A stretch of DNA of 64,000 bases. Origin: Octopus vulgaris (Eukaryota). The stretch covers positions 100,254,001 to 100,318,000 of the forward strand of contig OX597819.1 of NCBI GenBank assembly GCA_951406725.2. Direction: 5' to 3'. The notes under the pieces were generated by a model. It was not told where the DNA came from and made no database searches. It saw only the letters and a program-made list of their open reading frames with translations. A program made the position numbers and the translations under genes. The first letter of the stretch is position 1. Every line of letters begins with the position of its first letter. Of this stretch, positions 51,845 to 64,000 are shown one piece after another.

Positions 51845-52047
51845 ATGGAGAGCGGGCAGAATCGTTAGCACGCTTGCCAAAATGTTTCGTCCGTCTTCAC
51901 GCCCTGAGTTCAAATTCCGCCGAGGTCGACTTTACCTTTTATCTTTTCGATGTCGATAAAGTGAGTACCAGTTGAGTGTTGAAATCGATGTAATCGACTT
52001 ATGCCTTCCTTTGAAATTCTTGGCCTGGTGCCAAAATTTGAAACCAT
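51845..52047 (+). mobile_element. SINE family B
   Basis: ggcagaatcgttagcacgc...gagttcaaattccgccgaggtcgacttt...ggcctggtgccaaaatttgaaacc. Confidence 0.85.
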
Positions 52048-52924
52048 TGTATAAATTTGTTCGATAAAAAAAAAATTTAAAAAGACAGTTTGACCACGTG
52101 TGGAATTTTTTTGATCACAGTTCTGTTCGACTACGGATGACGTGATCAACAACTAAAGCAGTTAGGGAGGCAATGACAGAGCAACGTCCCACAAGATGAA
52201 GTCCGAACTCAGCCCTACCACTTTCACATATTTGCAAGCAAACTCTTGGATTACAGATGGAACAACTTTTAAATGAATTACAATACATTTCTGAATATCT
52301 GAGTGTACATACACTATTGTCTATAGTAGTGGATGTATGGGTCGAACCAACGCATCGCTTGAACGATTACCTATGTGCTGTATCTAGAAGAGTTTGAGAA
52401 TAGCCGTGGCTAAGTAACACTTCTAACAGTACAATAAAAAAATCAAGCCAATGGGGGATCCGGTTTCGTATTTGTTCAAATTATTAGAAATAGCAATCAA
52501 ATCTTCCTCAAATCACATCCTATTGACTTAAAGAAAAGCATACATAGCAAATAAAACACTCACATGTATCTTGAATGATATGAGATGGTCATGTTTGAAA
52601 TGACTTTGGTCATAGATTTGCTTGATGAGGGTTAATATGTAGCTAATAAACACAATACGAACATATACAACTGTATCAGTTACTAAAGAAATACAACACG
52701 AAGAAAAATGCGAAAATTCATTTAATAGGTTGATATAAATTTACAAATTCTTAGAGGATTTGATGAACTGGATCCTTCTTCTTATGACCCTAACTGGATG
52801 ACTGGCAAAACTGGCTCCACGAGATTTGATCCCACCTAGTAGAGGAACAAATATAATTATCGAAAGTATTTGTTCAGATTATTCCAACATAGTTCATTTA
52901 CAAAACTATGTTCTGTCAAAATGA

Positions 52925-53120
52925 TAGTTTCAAATTTTGCCACAAGGCCAGCATTTTGGGAGGATGGAGTAAATCGATTACATCAACTTCAGTACTCAAC
53001 TGGAACTTACCTTGCCGAGCGGAAAAAGATGAAATCGACCTCGAAAGGAATTTGAACTCATAACATAATGAGAGAAAATGCCGCTAAGCATTTTGTTCGG
53101 CATACTTACGATTCTGCCAG
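52925..53120 (-). mobile_element. SINE family B (inverted relative to 51845-52047)
   Basis: tttcaaattttgccacaaggcc...tcgacctcgaaaggaatttgaactca...ccgctaagcattttg..cggcat..ttacgattctgccag. Confidence 0.8.
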
Positions 53121-55368
53121 GTCAAAGATAAGTTGAGAGGTACATATAACGTATTCTCTGTTTCAGAACACTTTAAAATCATTTCCAATGTATATATAGT
53201 ACTAAGATATTTTAAAACAAGTTTACCTACTTGGAAATTATGAAGTCTCTATCATACAAATACAATTCCTAAATTTAGTAAGACGACGATTGACAAAATG
53301 AGCATTAGATGATAAATGGATTAGTAGTACCAGCAAAAGAAGAAAACATATATGCTTTTCGACGTTTGCACTTTTGTATGGAAATCTAAACAATCATTTA
53401 TTTGAAGTCTCGTAGGACAAGATTTTATCATTTTTAATATTTCTAAATAGAGCATAATGAGTTTTGAATGAGACATACTAGATAATAACAAATGGCAGTG
53501 TCTTTATTACTTGCCAGTGGGTACCTCCATATGATTGTAACAATTTGGTTTATCCCAAATATTCATAGAAACAAAAGTAAAGGCGAGAATGATAACTGCT
53601 TGAGGTTTACATCTTAATCAGTCAACAATCTCTACATTATTTTTACTATAAATCACTGCTCTGAGTAAAAGTCCTGAATGAAGGTGTAGTCTATCCAAGT
53701 AGCAACAAATTACATTAATATGCAGACGAATCTCAGGCATTCTAGTAATTAAATGACTGTTCTGGCTTCACAGTTTGTAATTCTTGGTTACTTCCACATA
53801 AGGGATTCCAGTTAGAAATGGATTAACAACTATTGGAGCAGAGACTAGGAGGAATACTCCTCAACATATTATTGCTCTGCAAGTGAAAATACATGTCTAA
53901 TTACATATTGAAGTAATACGGTATTTATTTTCCCTTAAAACCTGATGGACTGATATATCAATTAGTTGTATCATAATCCGAACTAACAATATTTTCTCTT
54001 AATAGGTCGTCTACAATTCTTGTAACCTTAGAATTCAATCTCCCCCTGTTATCTTCATTTTAGTATTCGGTTTGAAGCTTCTAGTGTTATTGCTTTACCC
54101 AGAGGACACTGCCAACATATTGTGCTGGAACACGAACTGATAAAGCCATCAAGCGAAAAACCGACAAATTATCTCTCCACTCAGCCATTGTGAGCTGACT
54201 GCAACGAAACTCAGTGTTGTAAATATTGTACATAATCAGTCACTGAATTAACAAGCGCTCTTCAAATGAGCCATTTTTGACATGTAAAGAATAATCTCTT
54301 CGCTAATCAAGTGAAAAATCGTTGAGCGGAAAGAGGAAAATTAAAAATATAAATTCAAGAGTAAAACACAAAAACATACGACGAAATGACACCCTCTTCA
54401 AAAATAAAATCAAATAAACTGAGGAAAAAAGAAAAATTAAAAAGAAAAATATTAAATCCAAATTAATACAAATCACCAATAAATGTTATAGGTTCTTAAA
54501 TATTCAACATTTAAAAATCTAAAATTAAAAGAAACAAAAATATTTGACGCAAACAAAAATAAAATGCGAATTATAAATTTATCGAATAAAATATAACACA
54601 AAAGAAACGGTAAAACAAGATTTCTAAACAGCTGAAAACAATGTTAAAAATAAGAATATAAATTTATAAACGCAATGCAAAATTGAAAAATAAAAGATAA
54701 AATCCTCTGAAAAAGTATTCCAAATGAGAGTTTTAATATAAATCCGTTCGGATGCGGAGCGTGAAATTTCTGACAAGAATCTTATCATAATTTGCCATTA
54801 TGATCTCCTAAATTCCACATTCCATTTGCAGCATTCAATTTTTCCTCCTTTTCCTTCTAACACTACCACACTTCCATGATTTCTTTTCTCTCACATACAC
54901 AAGTACACACTTAATCTTCCTACACCTCTGCCTCTCCCTCTAATACCTTCCTTCCTCCTACACATCAAAATCATTATCATTCTCATGTTTTCATGTTAGC
55001 GTCCTTTTTGTCCTTTTCGCTAATATATTGCCTATCATTTTCAGGCTATTTATCATAATCATTATTACTATTATTGTTTTATTATTTATTGTAAACGGTA
55101 TTATTATTATTATTGTTGTTGTTGTTGTTTTTGTTAATGCTGTTTTTGTTTTTGTTTACATTATAATTTTGTGGTCCTATTCAAGAAAGATGACAGCATT
55201 CACATTGAAGAGTTTGTATAACATGAATGTATTTCATATATATAAATATTTACACACAGATGTATAATGTATATGGAAATACATGCGTGTGCACATTTTA
55301 TGTAAGTATATGTGTACATACATACATATATATTTAAACATATATATACTACTTTACGCGTATACTTA

Positions 55369-55423
<55 letters not shown>

Positions 55424-55605
55424 AATGATGATAGTAGAAGACAAAAACAAGATTAGAGAAATAAAAGAAAATGTTGATGACAACCAAATTTAAATAAAAG
55501 AAAACCATAACAAAACGACATATCAAAATAATAATGAGGTTAATAAATACTACAACTACACCTAATAATAATAATAACAATGATGATGATGGTGATGATA
55601 ATAAC

Positions 55606-55649
<44 letters not shown>

Positions 55650-55999
55650 CGACGACGACAACGACGACGACGATGATGTAGATGATAAGGAAAAGAAAAA
55701 GAAGCAAAAGAAGACGTGGTGTTGGAGGAGGAGGAGGAGGAGGAGGAGGGGATTAAGGCGGAGGGGAAGGCGAAGTAAAAGAAAAAGAAGAGGAAAGGGA
55801 GGAGGAAGGGAGAAGAAGAAAAAGAAGTGCGATGTAGAAGCGTGAGAAGAAGAAAAAGAAGAAAAAAAGGAGAAAAAATGACGACGATGCGAATGATTAC
55901 AGTGATATTTATGATAATGATGATGATGATGAAGATGTTACAGATTAATAATATATAAAATAATACAAGCAAATAACATGCAGCTAGGACTTCAAAACT

Positions 56000-56035
<36 letters not shown>

Positions 56036-56708
56036 GAAAAAATATAAAAACAGAACAAAAGAGCATCATACTATGGTGGAAAATTTGAAAATGAATAACA
56101 ACCGGAAAAGAGAAACAAAAAATATTGCAAAAACAAAAATTATCATCTTTGAAAAGTTTTTGAAAAAAAAATCAAAGCAAATGAAAAGAACATAATAAAA
56201 ACGAAATTTAAAGCAAAGAAAAATATCTTTAGAAAAGGAAAAAGAAGCATAAAGCATAAATAGATATGTTTTGTATTATGTATTGCTTTACAATAAGTAA
56301 AAAGAAAAAGATAGAAAAAAAATGCTCTCTAATATTGGAGGATAAAAATGAGAAGAGAGGTCAGACTATAACAGGCTCTATTAAACTGTAATATATTCAC
56401 ACAATTTCAAAATCTCAACCTCACTATTTCCATCTCCTATTAAAGACAAATTTATGCTAATTAATCTTCCGTTTGATCATCAGAGTAGGAATAGCAGATT
56501 AAAGGAATAGAAAATTTGTGAAGTTAATAAAAATCCATATATACATACATAAATGCATACAAGTTTATATATGCGCATTTTATGCATACATTAGCCAGTA
56601 CAGCACATACATACATACACATGCACACGCTTGTGTGTTCATACGCACACATATATACACATTGTAAATATGTATAGATAGATATATAAAAAATATATTG
56701 CATGAACA

Positions 56709-56804
<96 letters not shown>

Positions 56805-57475
56805 TTTTAAGCATATCCATATACATTATATGTTTGCGTGTATGTATTTGCGTGTGTAGTGTATGTGTGTATACATCTGCATTTGTACACGGGAATGTGC
56901 GTACATAGATACGTATCATAGTTCAAATGCAAATATTTAGGATAGGCTCCATAAAAACATGTAATATATGCATACATGTTTAACCATTACCCATATAATA
57001 TGCATATGCATATGCAAATGCATGTACACACACGCACATAAACACACACACAGACACCACCATACCCTCCACTCAAACGCAGCTCTGCATGCAACCGCCA
57101 CTAAAACATACACCCACATAGATTCGCACAAGCAATAGTAAAAATATATTAACATTTCTTTAATTAAAAGGAATTAATTTATAAACAATAAATATTCTGC
57201 AAGTCATGTTATTCAATTTTCATTGTATGATTGTTTGACAATGTGTATAGTTAGGTGTCTGTTTGTAACGTGCGTTGATGTCAAGGACTTTATGTATGCA
57301 TATTGCTATTGTTGTGCAATATTCGTTTCTGGTTAGAACTGCGTGCAAATATACGTGTGCTCGTGTGTGTATAGGTGTTGTTGCTTTTTTTATTTGAGCA
57401 TATCCTAGTGTCTTTGTACAAGATTTACTGCAACGTGTACGAATATGTGAATGTGTGTGTGTGTGTATAGAGAGT

Positions 57476-57515
<40 letters not shown>

Positions 57516-57808
57516 AAGAAAGAGACAGCGAATAAAAGGTGGCACAGAAGAAGGACAAACGATAAAGGAACACAAGGAAAACAAACACAAAAGACATGGA
57601 CACGGTCATCCCTCCTCAGTAGCCGAACAACAGTCATTACAATTTCGTGCCGTTATCGATCAAGTTGTTCATCAAAAATGTTTTGAGATATGTGAACGGA
57701 AATGAAGGACAGAATGAGAGCAATATAAAAAAGACTTGGCAATTAATACATCCACTGCATCCGGTTCCTTACTCAGTCGTCTTCACCTGGTTTGCCATTT
57801 GATTGAAG

Positions 57809-57822
57809 ATGTCCACAGACGA
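57809..57822 (+). CDS. Candidate first coding micro-exon portion (MSTD + 2 nt) of an unidentified gene
   Basis: aagATG with an in-frame upstream TGA, and donor GTGAGT at 57823. Upstream ttccttactcag could be an acceptor or an Inr-like TCAGT. Phase-compatible with 60759-60792. Speculative. Confidence 0.3.
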
Positions 57823-58669
57823 GTGAGTGGTGAGCAACTCTTCTCGGATTTTAAACAAAGTCACTGCACAAAATATCAGTCATCCTTATGAATCACAAGA
57901 TAGTCCTCATTACACCGACGGCCAAACATAATTTCACAACCTCATCTTTTTCGTGTGAAGTCGATTTCGGCTTCTTTGTTACACTGTTTCTTGTTGACGT
58001 GATGAAATTTATAGTTGCAATCTCTGTATTCAGTATATTAATTGTAACCACGCGTTGCGATATTAATATTGTTCTCATAATCAATTCAATCTTTTATATC
58101 TCTATGAAATTCTATAAAATATGAAATAAATTTTTCTATGTTTTTATGGTGTGTTGTGTAGCGTATTATAATTACGTAATTATATCTTGGGTTAAATGCA
58201 TGGTAATCTCACAAAAGTGTCTTGTAATTGTTTGTCCAGTCCAAAATTATGATATAGAATATTTGAATATTTTCAATAAAAGCAATATGAATCATTAAAT
58301 ATCCGTGAACATGGTTTTAAAATCGATCCATTTATGAGATATGAAATGCTTCTTTCATGCTGTCTTTTGTATCGGTTAACCGCATATATTTTTACCTTTT
58401 TGTATAGTTTTCAAGACGGCGGTGCGTGATTTCGATGTATTGGTAGAATCATCGGAGCACCTGAGTGAATGTCGCGTGGTGTTTGTTTCGGTTCTTTGCG
58501 TTCCGAGTTCAAATTCCAGGAAAGCCTACATGATAGTGCACTTAATACTTTTCCCTGTTTACCACAACTGACACTTCGGGTCCATTTAGAAGAATCCATC
58601 TGTTGCAAGCGTTCATTCCTTGTTTCTAATATAAACATCTCTTCCTCCGTTCAATATATCTAGGAAAAC

Positions 58670-58985
58670 CAATAAACCCAGAAAAGTCGACCTCGGTGGA
58701 ATTTCAACTCAAAACAGAAATACGGATGAAATGCCGCTCAGTGTTTTGCCCGGCGTGCAGTATTTTTCACCTCCTTTTTCATTGATTTAATATCAGTTTG
58801 AATTTTTGGCGCAAGGGCAGCAAAGTCAGGGCGGACTAGGCGATTCAACCGGTATTCAACCGGTACTTAGTTTATCGACCTCAAAATGAAGAGAAGCAAA
58901 GTCGACCTCGGCAAAATTTTAATTCAAAATGGAAAGCAGACAGAACGTCGTTCAGCATTTTGCTTGGCATGCTAACAATTCTGCT
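58670..58985 (-). mobile_element. Two degraded SINE family B copies
   Basis: aagtcgacctcgg..aattt.aa.tcaaaa...gttttgcccggcgtgc occurs twice. Confidence 0.75.
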
Positions 58986-60299
58986 ATTATCCAGTTAACA
59001 AATACTTCAACAATAACTCCATACAGCGCACACAGAATTTAATTGTCCACATTTCAATTTTTGAATTTTTCTCATTAACTTCTCTTGTTAAAATATTAGC
59101 CGTTGTGTCTTGGTGGGGGTAATATATTGTTAACCGGTCTCTAATGCGTTAAAATTCATACGACAATATTTTTCCTTTCCACGTGATTTTAAAATGTTGC
59201 AGCTATTATTCAGTGTGTTGCTTTTTGTGGTAAAATATTGTATTCCTTTGCTTTGCGAACTGTTACGATGTTTTATTGCTTTGACGTTTGTATACTGCAT
59301 TTTAGTAGCCAGATAATTTGGATAAAACTCTAGTCTTCTTATTTATGTGACAAAATGAACTAAGATTTTCGATATAAAAGCTTCGAGACTTATTTTCGGT
59401 ATAATACATAATACTGTTTCTTACTTCCTTACTACAAGTATCATTTCTTCCTGTCTCTTTAGTCTTAGCAAGGTAATATTTATTTCTCAAGAATTTACCA
59501 TAAATTGTAGGGTTGTTGCTTGGTAGTTCCTTTTCGGTAACCCATTGCTATTCTGTCTTTATGGTAGTACACACATTTTATATACAGTGTTTCTTTAATC
59601 TATTGTGAAGTAGAGAAACCGAAATAGTTACCCAGACAAGATTATTGTGAGAGTTGAGCGGAAGTAATGAGATAATTATTCAATATGAAGGAGAGGGAGA
59701 GAGAGAGAGAGAGGCAGAGAGAGAGATAGATAGATAGAGAGAGGCAGAGAGAGAAAGAGGCAGAGAGAGAGGAGGAGAGAGTGAGAATGTGTGTTAGAGA
59801 GAGTGTGTGTTTGAGAGAGAGAGAGATAGCAAAGAAATTAAAGAGGGTCAGAGACAGAGATAGAAAGGCTTAATTTATGCATAAATGGGAATTCCAAATA
59901 TCAACATTGCCTGATGCATGTTAACTATAAAAAAAACACATTGTTTAAAACATGATATATATATCAGTGCAGGTTTCATTTGAAATAAAATTTGGTTGTA
60001 TACATGACTGACATTGAAGTGTAGGGTTTCAAAATGTGTTACTTCAAATTCGTACCCGATGTGTGAGAGTGTAAATAGGGGAAATGTTTCTATAAGTTGG
60101 CTCCCATTTGGAAGATATACTTGTATGAGTAATTACTTTCAATTGTTGATAACGCTGTTGTGAATTATTGCAGTTAACATAGAAGTCTTCTAGGGAATTT
60201 ATGCAAAGTACACTATGTAATAAAATATAACACGTGAAATAAATATATAATTATATACTGGCAGTATTTGGATCCTCAGAATCACAGCTCCTCCTACCC

Positions 60300-60525
60300 G
60301 CACCACATAACAATGAAGCTGATATTACATAACTACCCGGCAACACAATTTTTTATACCTCAAATGTTCCTATTTTATTCAACATTATTCCGAACGAAAT
60401 CAAAGACAATAAAGACCCTATAATATTCAAAAAGCTCGTAGACAAATTCCCCCAAGAAGTACCAGACGTATCACAGTCACCATGATATATCTCGGCAAGC
60501 AATAACACCCTATATAAGTGCATTA
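60300..60525 (+). mobile_element. Degraded CR1-like LINE 3' coding remnant (second family)
   Basis: LFNIIPNEIKDNKDPIIFKKLVDKFPQEVPD...YISASNNTL matches the LFN.LP......FK..LD.FL..IPD pattern. Confidence 0.65.
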
Positions 60526-60758
60526 CGCTGACCTAAAGGCGACTTGAGGTGGTATCATTAAGTTAGGTATTGCTTGAGCCAATAAGGACCAGAATCCGAC
60601 CTGGTTGTCTAAGTTATAGGGGAATATTTGTCGGTTAGAAAAGTAAATTTAAAACAATGTAACAGAGGAGAACATGCAATATTATAATTTTCACTATGCA
60701 TTGTTTAGTTTTTCTCGCGATTTCCTTTTATAAAATGATGATCTTATATATTCTGCAG

Positions 60759-60792
60759 ACTTCTGCGAGCACTGTGGAGGAAATATGTTACT
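60759..60792 (+). CDS. Candidate 34-nt internal coding exon
   Basis: Acceptor tatattctgcag and donor GTAAGT at 60793. Open in all three frames; the phase-2 reading is LLRALWRKYVT. Confidence 0.35.
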
Positions 60793-61337
60793 GTAAGTTT
60801 TTATTAACAAAAGTACCTTTTTCTGCAAATCATAAAAACTGACGAGATGGCAGTTCTAGTCACAATCCATCAGTCAAACAATCTGTTTATCTACCGCAGT
60901 CTGTATGTTTGTCTGTCTATATGTTTGTCTATCTCTCTATATGTATGCATCTCTGCTATCTTTCTCTTTCCCACTCTGTCTCTTTCTTGCTGTCTTCCCT
61001 CCTCTGCCTTTATCTCTCTCTTCACCTCTGTCGTCATCTTTCTCTGTCGCTATTGCACCATGGACACACACGTACATACATGCACACCCTAATATCTGCG
61101 TTTATGTTGTGCGTGTGTAATACAAAAACCATACACCCCCTGTGCTTGTATCTCTATGTATCTGTATGCCAGTCACTCCGTCACTTTATTGCGTTGCACA
61201 CGTTACATGTACTCGTATTTGCGCATACATATATATACGTACATAATACATATGTATATGTACATGTATGCATATGTATATATATATACAGATATACATG
61301 CATATATATAAGTGTATATATATATATCTATATATAT

Positions 61338-61381
<44 letters not shown>

Positions 61382-61779
61382 GTATATATATATATATACA
61401 TATACAAATATATGTATACACACACACATATATATACATACACAAACACACACACACACACATATGTATGTTTGTGTGTATGTGAAATGAATGTGCTTCC
61501 TGGCGCATCTGTTTGCTGGCGTTTCTTTGTGATTGTACGTGTGTGTCAATGTCTGTGCGCGCGCACGTGATTCCGTATGAACCAACGTCACCCTAGTTAA
61601 ATCTACAGCTCCAGGTATCAGTCTGTTTAATACATTTACCTGATACATTCTGTTCCTTTGTGCTGAGAAATTCGGAAATGTTTATTAAATTTCTGAAACC
61701 GATTTCTGTCTTTTGTTGTTGATCGCGTTGGTTTGATGTCGACGACTGCTACGACTACTATGTTAATGTTGACGACAAC

Positions 61780-61810
<31 letters not shown>

Positions 61811-62277
61811 TCGATGATGATGAAGAAGATGTAGTGATGGTGGTGGTGGTGATGATGATGTCGATAGTGATTACACTGATTAATGTTGTTACTGTTATCA
61901 TTACTATGTTCTCGAAGATGTGGATGAAGATGCTGATAATGGTGCTTTAGGGTGGTGCCAATGGTGATGGTGATGGTGATGGTGATGGTGATGGTGAAGG
62001 TGTTGGTGCTGGATGTAGTGGGGGGTAGTTTAGAATAATAGTGGATGTGATGGTGGGGTTTAATGATATTGTTTTTCAAATTGATCTGTTCATTACATTG
62101 TTCTGATTGTTATAACTGTTGACGTCAATAACAGTAATAACTGCAAGAACAATAATGACAGCTGAGTCAAATCTTTCTTATTTGGATTCTTGTCGCAATC
62201 TTTGTAATCTTCACTGATGTTGTTAATCGCCTTACTACAATATAGTAGTAATAGTAATATCAGTAGTAGTAGTAGTG

Positions 62278-62341
<64 letters not shown>

Positions 62342-63044
62342 AAGCAGCTGCAGTAGCAGAGATGGAGGCAACGGTTGCAGTGGTAGAGATAGTGACAAAA
62401 GAGGAGGCACCAACGGTGGCGACAGCAACGTTCCTTCTTCCTCCTCCTCCTCACTCCCTTTGTTTCTTTCCCTCATCATATCTCTTGTCTCCCTTCCCCT
62501 CTGCCTGTACCTCACTCGTGATAACAGGCCATTTCTCTCACCCCTGTCTTTTCTGGACAAAACGCCCATCGGGCTGGACGTCATTTCTCTCGGCTCCCGA
62601 CATTTTTCTCTTCTACTATATTCTTCTCTTCTAATCCTATTAAAAATTTCTCCCTGGCGTTACCCATTGCAATGCGTCTTGGACGAACGGCCCTTAATGT
62701 TTGTCTTCGTCGATTGTGTACTTTGTACGTTCACTCTGTTGTAGTTTGTTAGTTCGAGTCTAACTCTAGTAAATTTTGTAGTAGTAGTAGTAGTAGTAGC
62801 AGTAGTGGAAGCAGCTGTCAGTATAAAGTTTTACTATCTTGTCGCTGAAAGCGCGAAATAGGGAGCTCTAAAACAGTAGACAATTGACGATAGAGTTATC
62901 TCCTTCTCGTATTTTGTCCTGTACTTGTCTCTCGTGTGTTTACGTATTTTTCCATCGTTGGTGATGACCTGTACTTAACGTGCACTTTCTATTTATTTAT
63001 GATCGAACGCAACGCAGCTTTGTCCACCGTAAGTTCTTATATAT

Positions 63045-63207
63045 ATTATATACGAAGGGCTTCTTCCAGTTTCTGTCTGCCAAATCCACACACAAGGCTT
63101 TACTCGGCCCGAGGCTATAGAAGAAGACACTTACACAAGGTGCCATGCTGAACCTGGACCATGTAGTTTAGTAGCAAGATTTTTACCACATAGCTAAGCC
63201 CGCGCCT
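63045..63207 (-). mobile_element. SINE family C, 5' half
   Basis: tacgaagggcttcttccagtttctgtctgccaaatccac...gaggctatagaagaagacactt...ccacatagc. Confidence 0.8.
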
Positions 63208-63485
63208 CGATAATTTTTGTATTGGTAATCTTTATCCATATTTTCTTTTACCAACCCATCCAACAAGAACTTCATTTTAGATATTAGGAAATAACAGAAT
63301 CCTCTACGATAAATGTGCTGGAATATTAGTAAGGAAGTTTAGCAATTACATAAAGAATTTATTTAAGTTCATCATTTTTATAGCGGTGCTGCTTACTGAA
63401 ATCACAGTATTCCAACTCTATTCTCGTTAAAGATATTTTTGGAAATGGATTTATTATAGGAATATTGCGACTAGTATTATCATAT

Positions 63486-63826
63486 GAAGGCGCATGGCTC
63501 AGTGGTTAGAGCGTCGAGCTTACGATCGTGAGGTTGTGAGCTCGAATCCCGGACCGGGCTGCGTGTTGTGTTCTTGAGCAAAGCACTTTATTTCACGTTG
63601 CTTCAGTTCACTCAGCTGTAGAAATGAGTTGCGACGTCACTGGTGCCAAGCTGTATCGACCTTTGTCTTTCCCTTGGATAACACTGGTGGCGTGGAGAGG
63701 GGAGGCTGGTATGCATGGGCGACTGCTGGTCTTCCATAAACAACCTTGCCCAGACTTGTGTCTAGGAGGGTAACTTTCTAGGTGCAATCCCATGGTCATT
63801 CATGACCGAAGGGGGTCTTTACCCTT
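63486..63826 (+). mobile_element. tRNA-derived SINE family A (full length)
   Basis: A/B-box head. Perfect 11-bp TSD tattatcatat at 63475-63485 and 63827-63837. Confidence 0.95.
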
Positions 63827-64000
63827 TATTATCATATTGCGGCCACCGCTTTGAAAACCCAATACTTCGTACAGGGTCCGGCTTGCATACGTTATATTCC
63901 TGTGATCACGCAAGAGGGTAAAAATTCAAAAGTACTGATCTAGACACGCATACGCATTAGATGAATAACAATGACAAAAATCTAGCTATTCCGTATATCT

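Noticed and set aside
57773-57827. Imperfect hairpin ctcagtcgtcttca...tgaaga...gacgagtgag as a pre-miRNA
   Set aside because: The pairing needs large bulges and competing registers, and I recognise no known mature miRNA.
47368-57864. Alternative minus-strand exon chain (57864-57774 TLFKIREELL...VKTT joined to ~47468-47368 CQRVMSEANDSRQNYE...LKKL*)
   Set aside because: The splice signals and phase are compatible, but the peptide is unrecognised and overlaps the plus-strand candidate. Chance AG/GT pairs are common, so it needs RNA-seq.
63486-63560. tRNA-like sequences (also at 3240-3312, 23304, 32585, 37520-37580)
   Set aside because: They are SINE heads continuous with SINE bodies and TSDs, not standalone tRNA genes.

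Overview
AT-rich eukaryotic genomic DNA that looks intronic or intergenic and is saturated with microsatellites ((TA)n, (CA)n, (TATG)n, (GATA)n, (ATT)n, (GAT/GGT)n, (AGT)n). The repeat content resembles an octopod cephalopod (Octopus-like) genome; this is pattern recognition, not a database result. I found no intact long protein-coding gene, and nearly all ORFs in the supplied track are microsatellite artefacts. The supportable features are mobile elements: about 25 tRNA-headed SINE copies from several families (some with TSDs), four Tc1/mariner-superfamily relics, a GG-ended MITE with an 8-bp TSD, a non-autonomous Helitron, a deleted Ty3/Gypsy provirus, and L1/Tx1, CR1-like, RTE and Penelope-like fragments. 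There is also a ~2.3-kb tandem duplication that may be an assembly artefact. Three observations stand out. (1) Two divergent ORF1-only ('half-L1'-like) retroelements, each with a CCHC knuckle; one appears full length and splits a SINE. (2) Two distinct short repeat families carrying decayed Penelope-type hammerhead ribozyme cores, each next to a tRNA-like/Pol III head. (3) A weak candidate for the first two coding micro-exons of a host gene (MSTDE|LLRALWRKYVT). All alignments and translations were done by eye.
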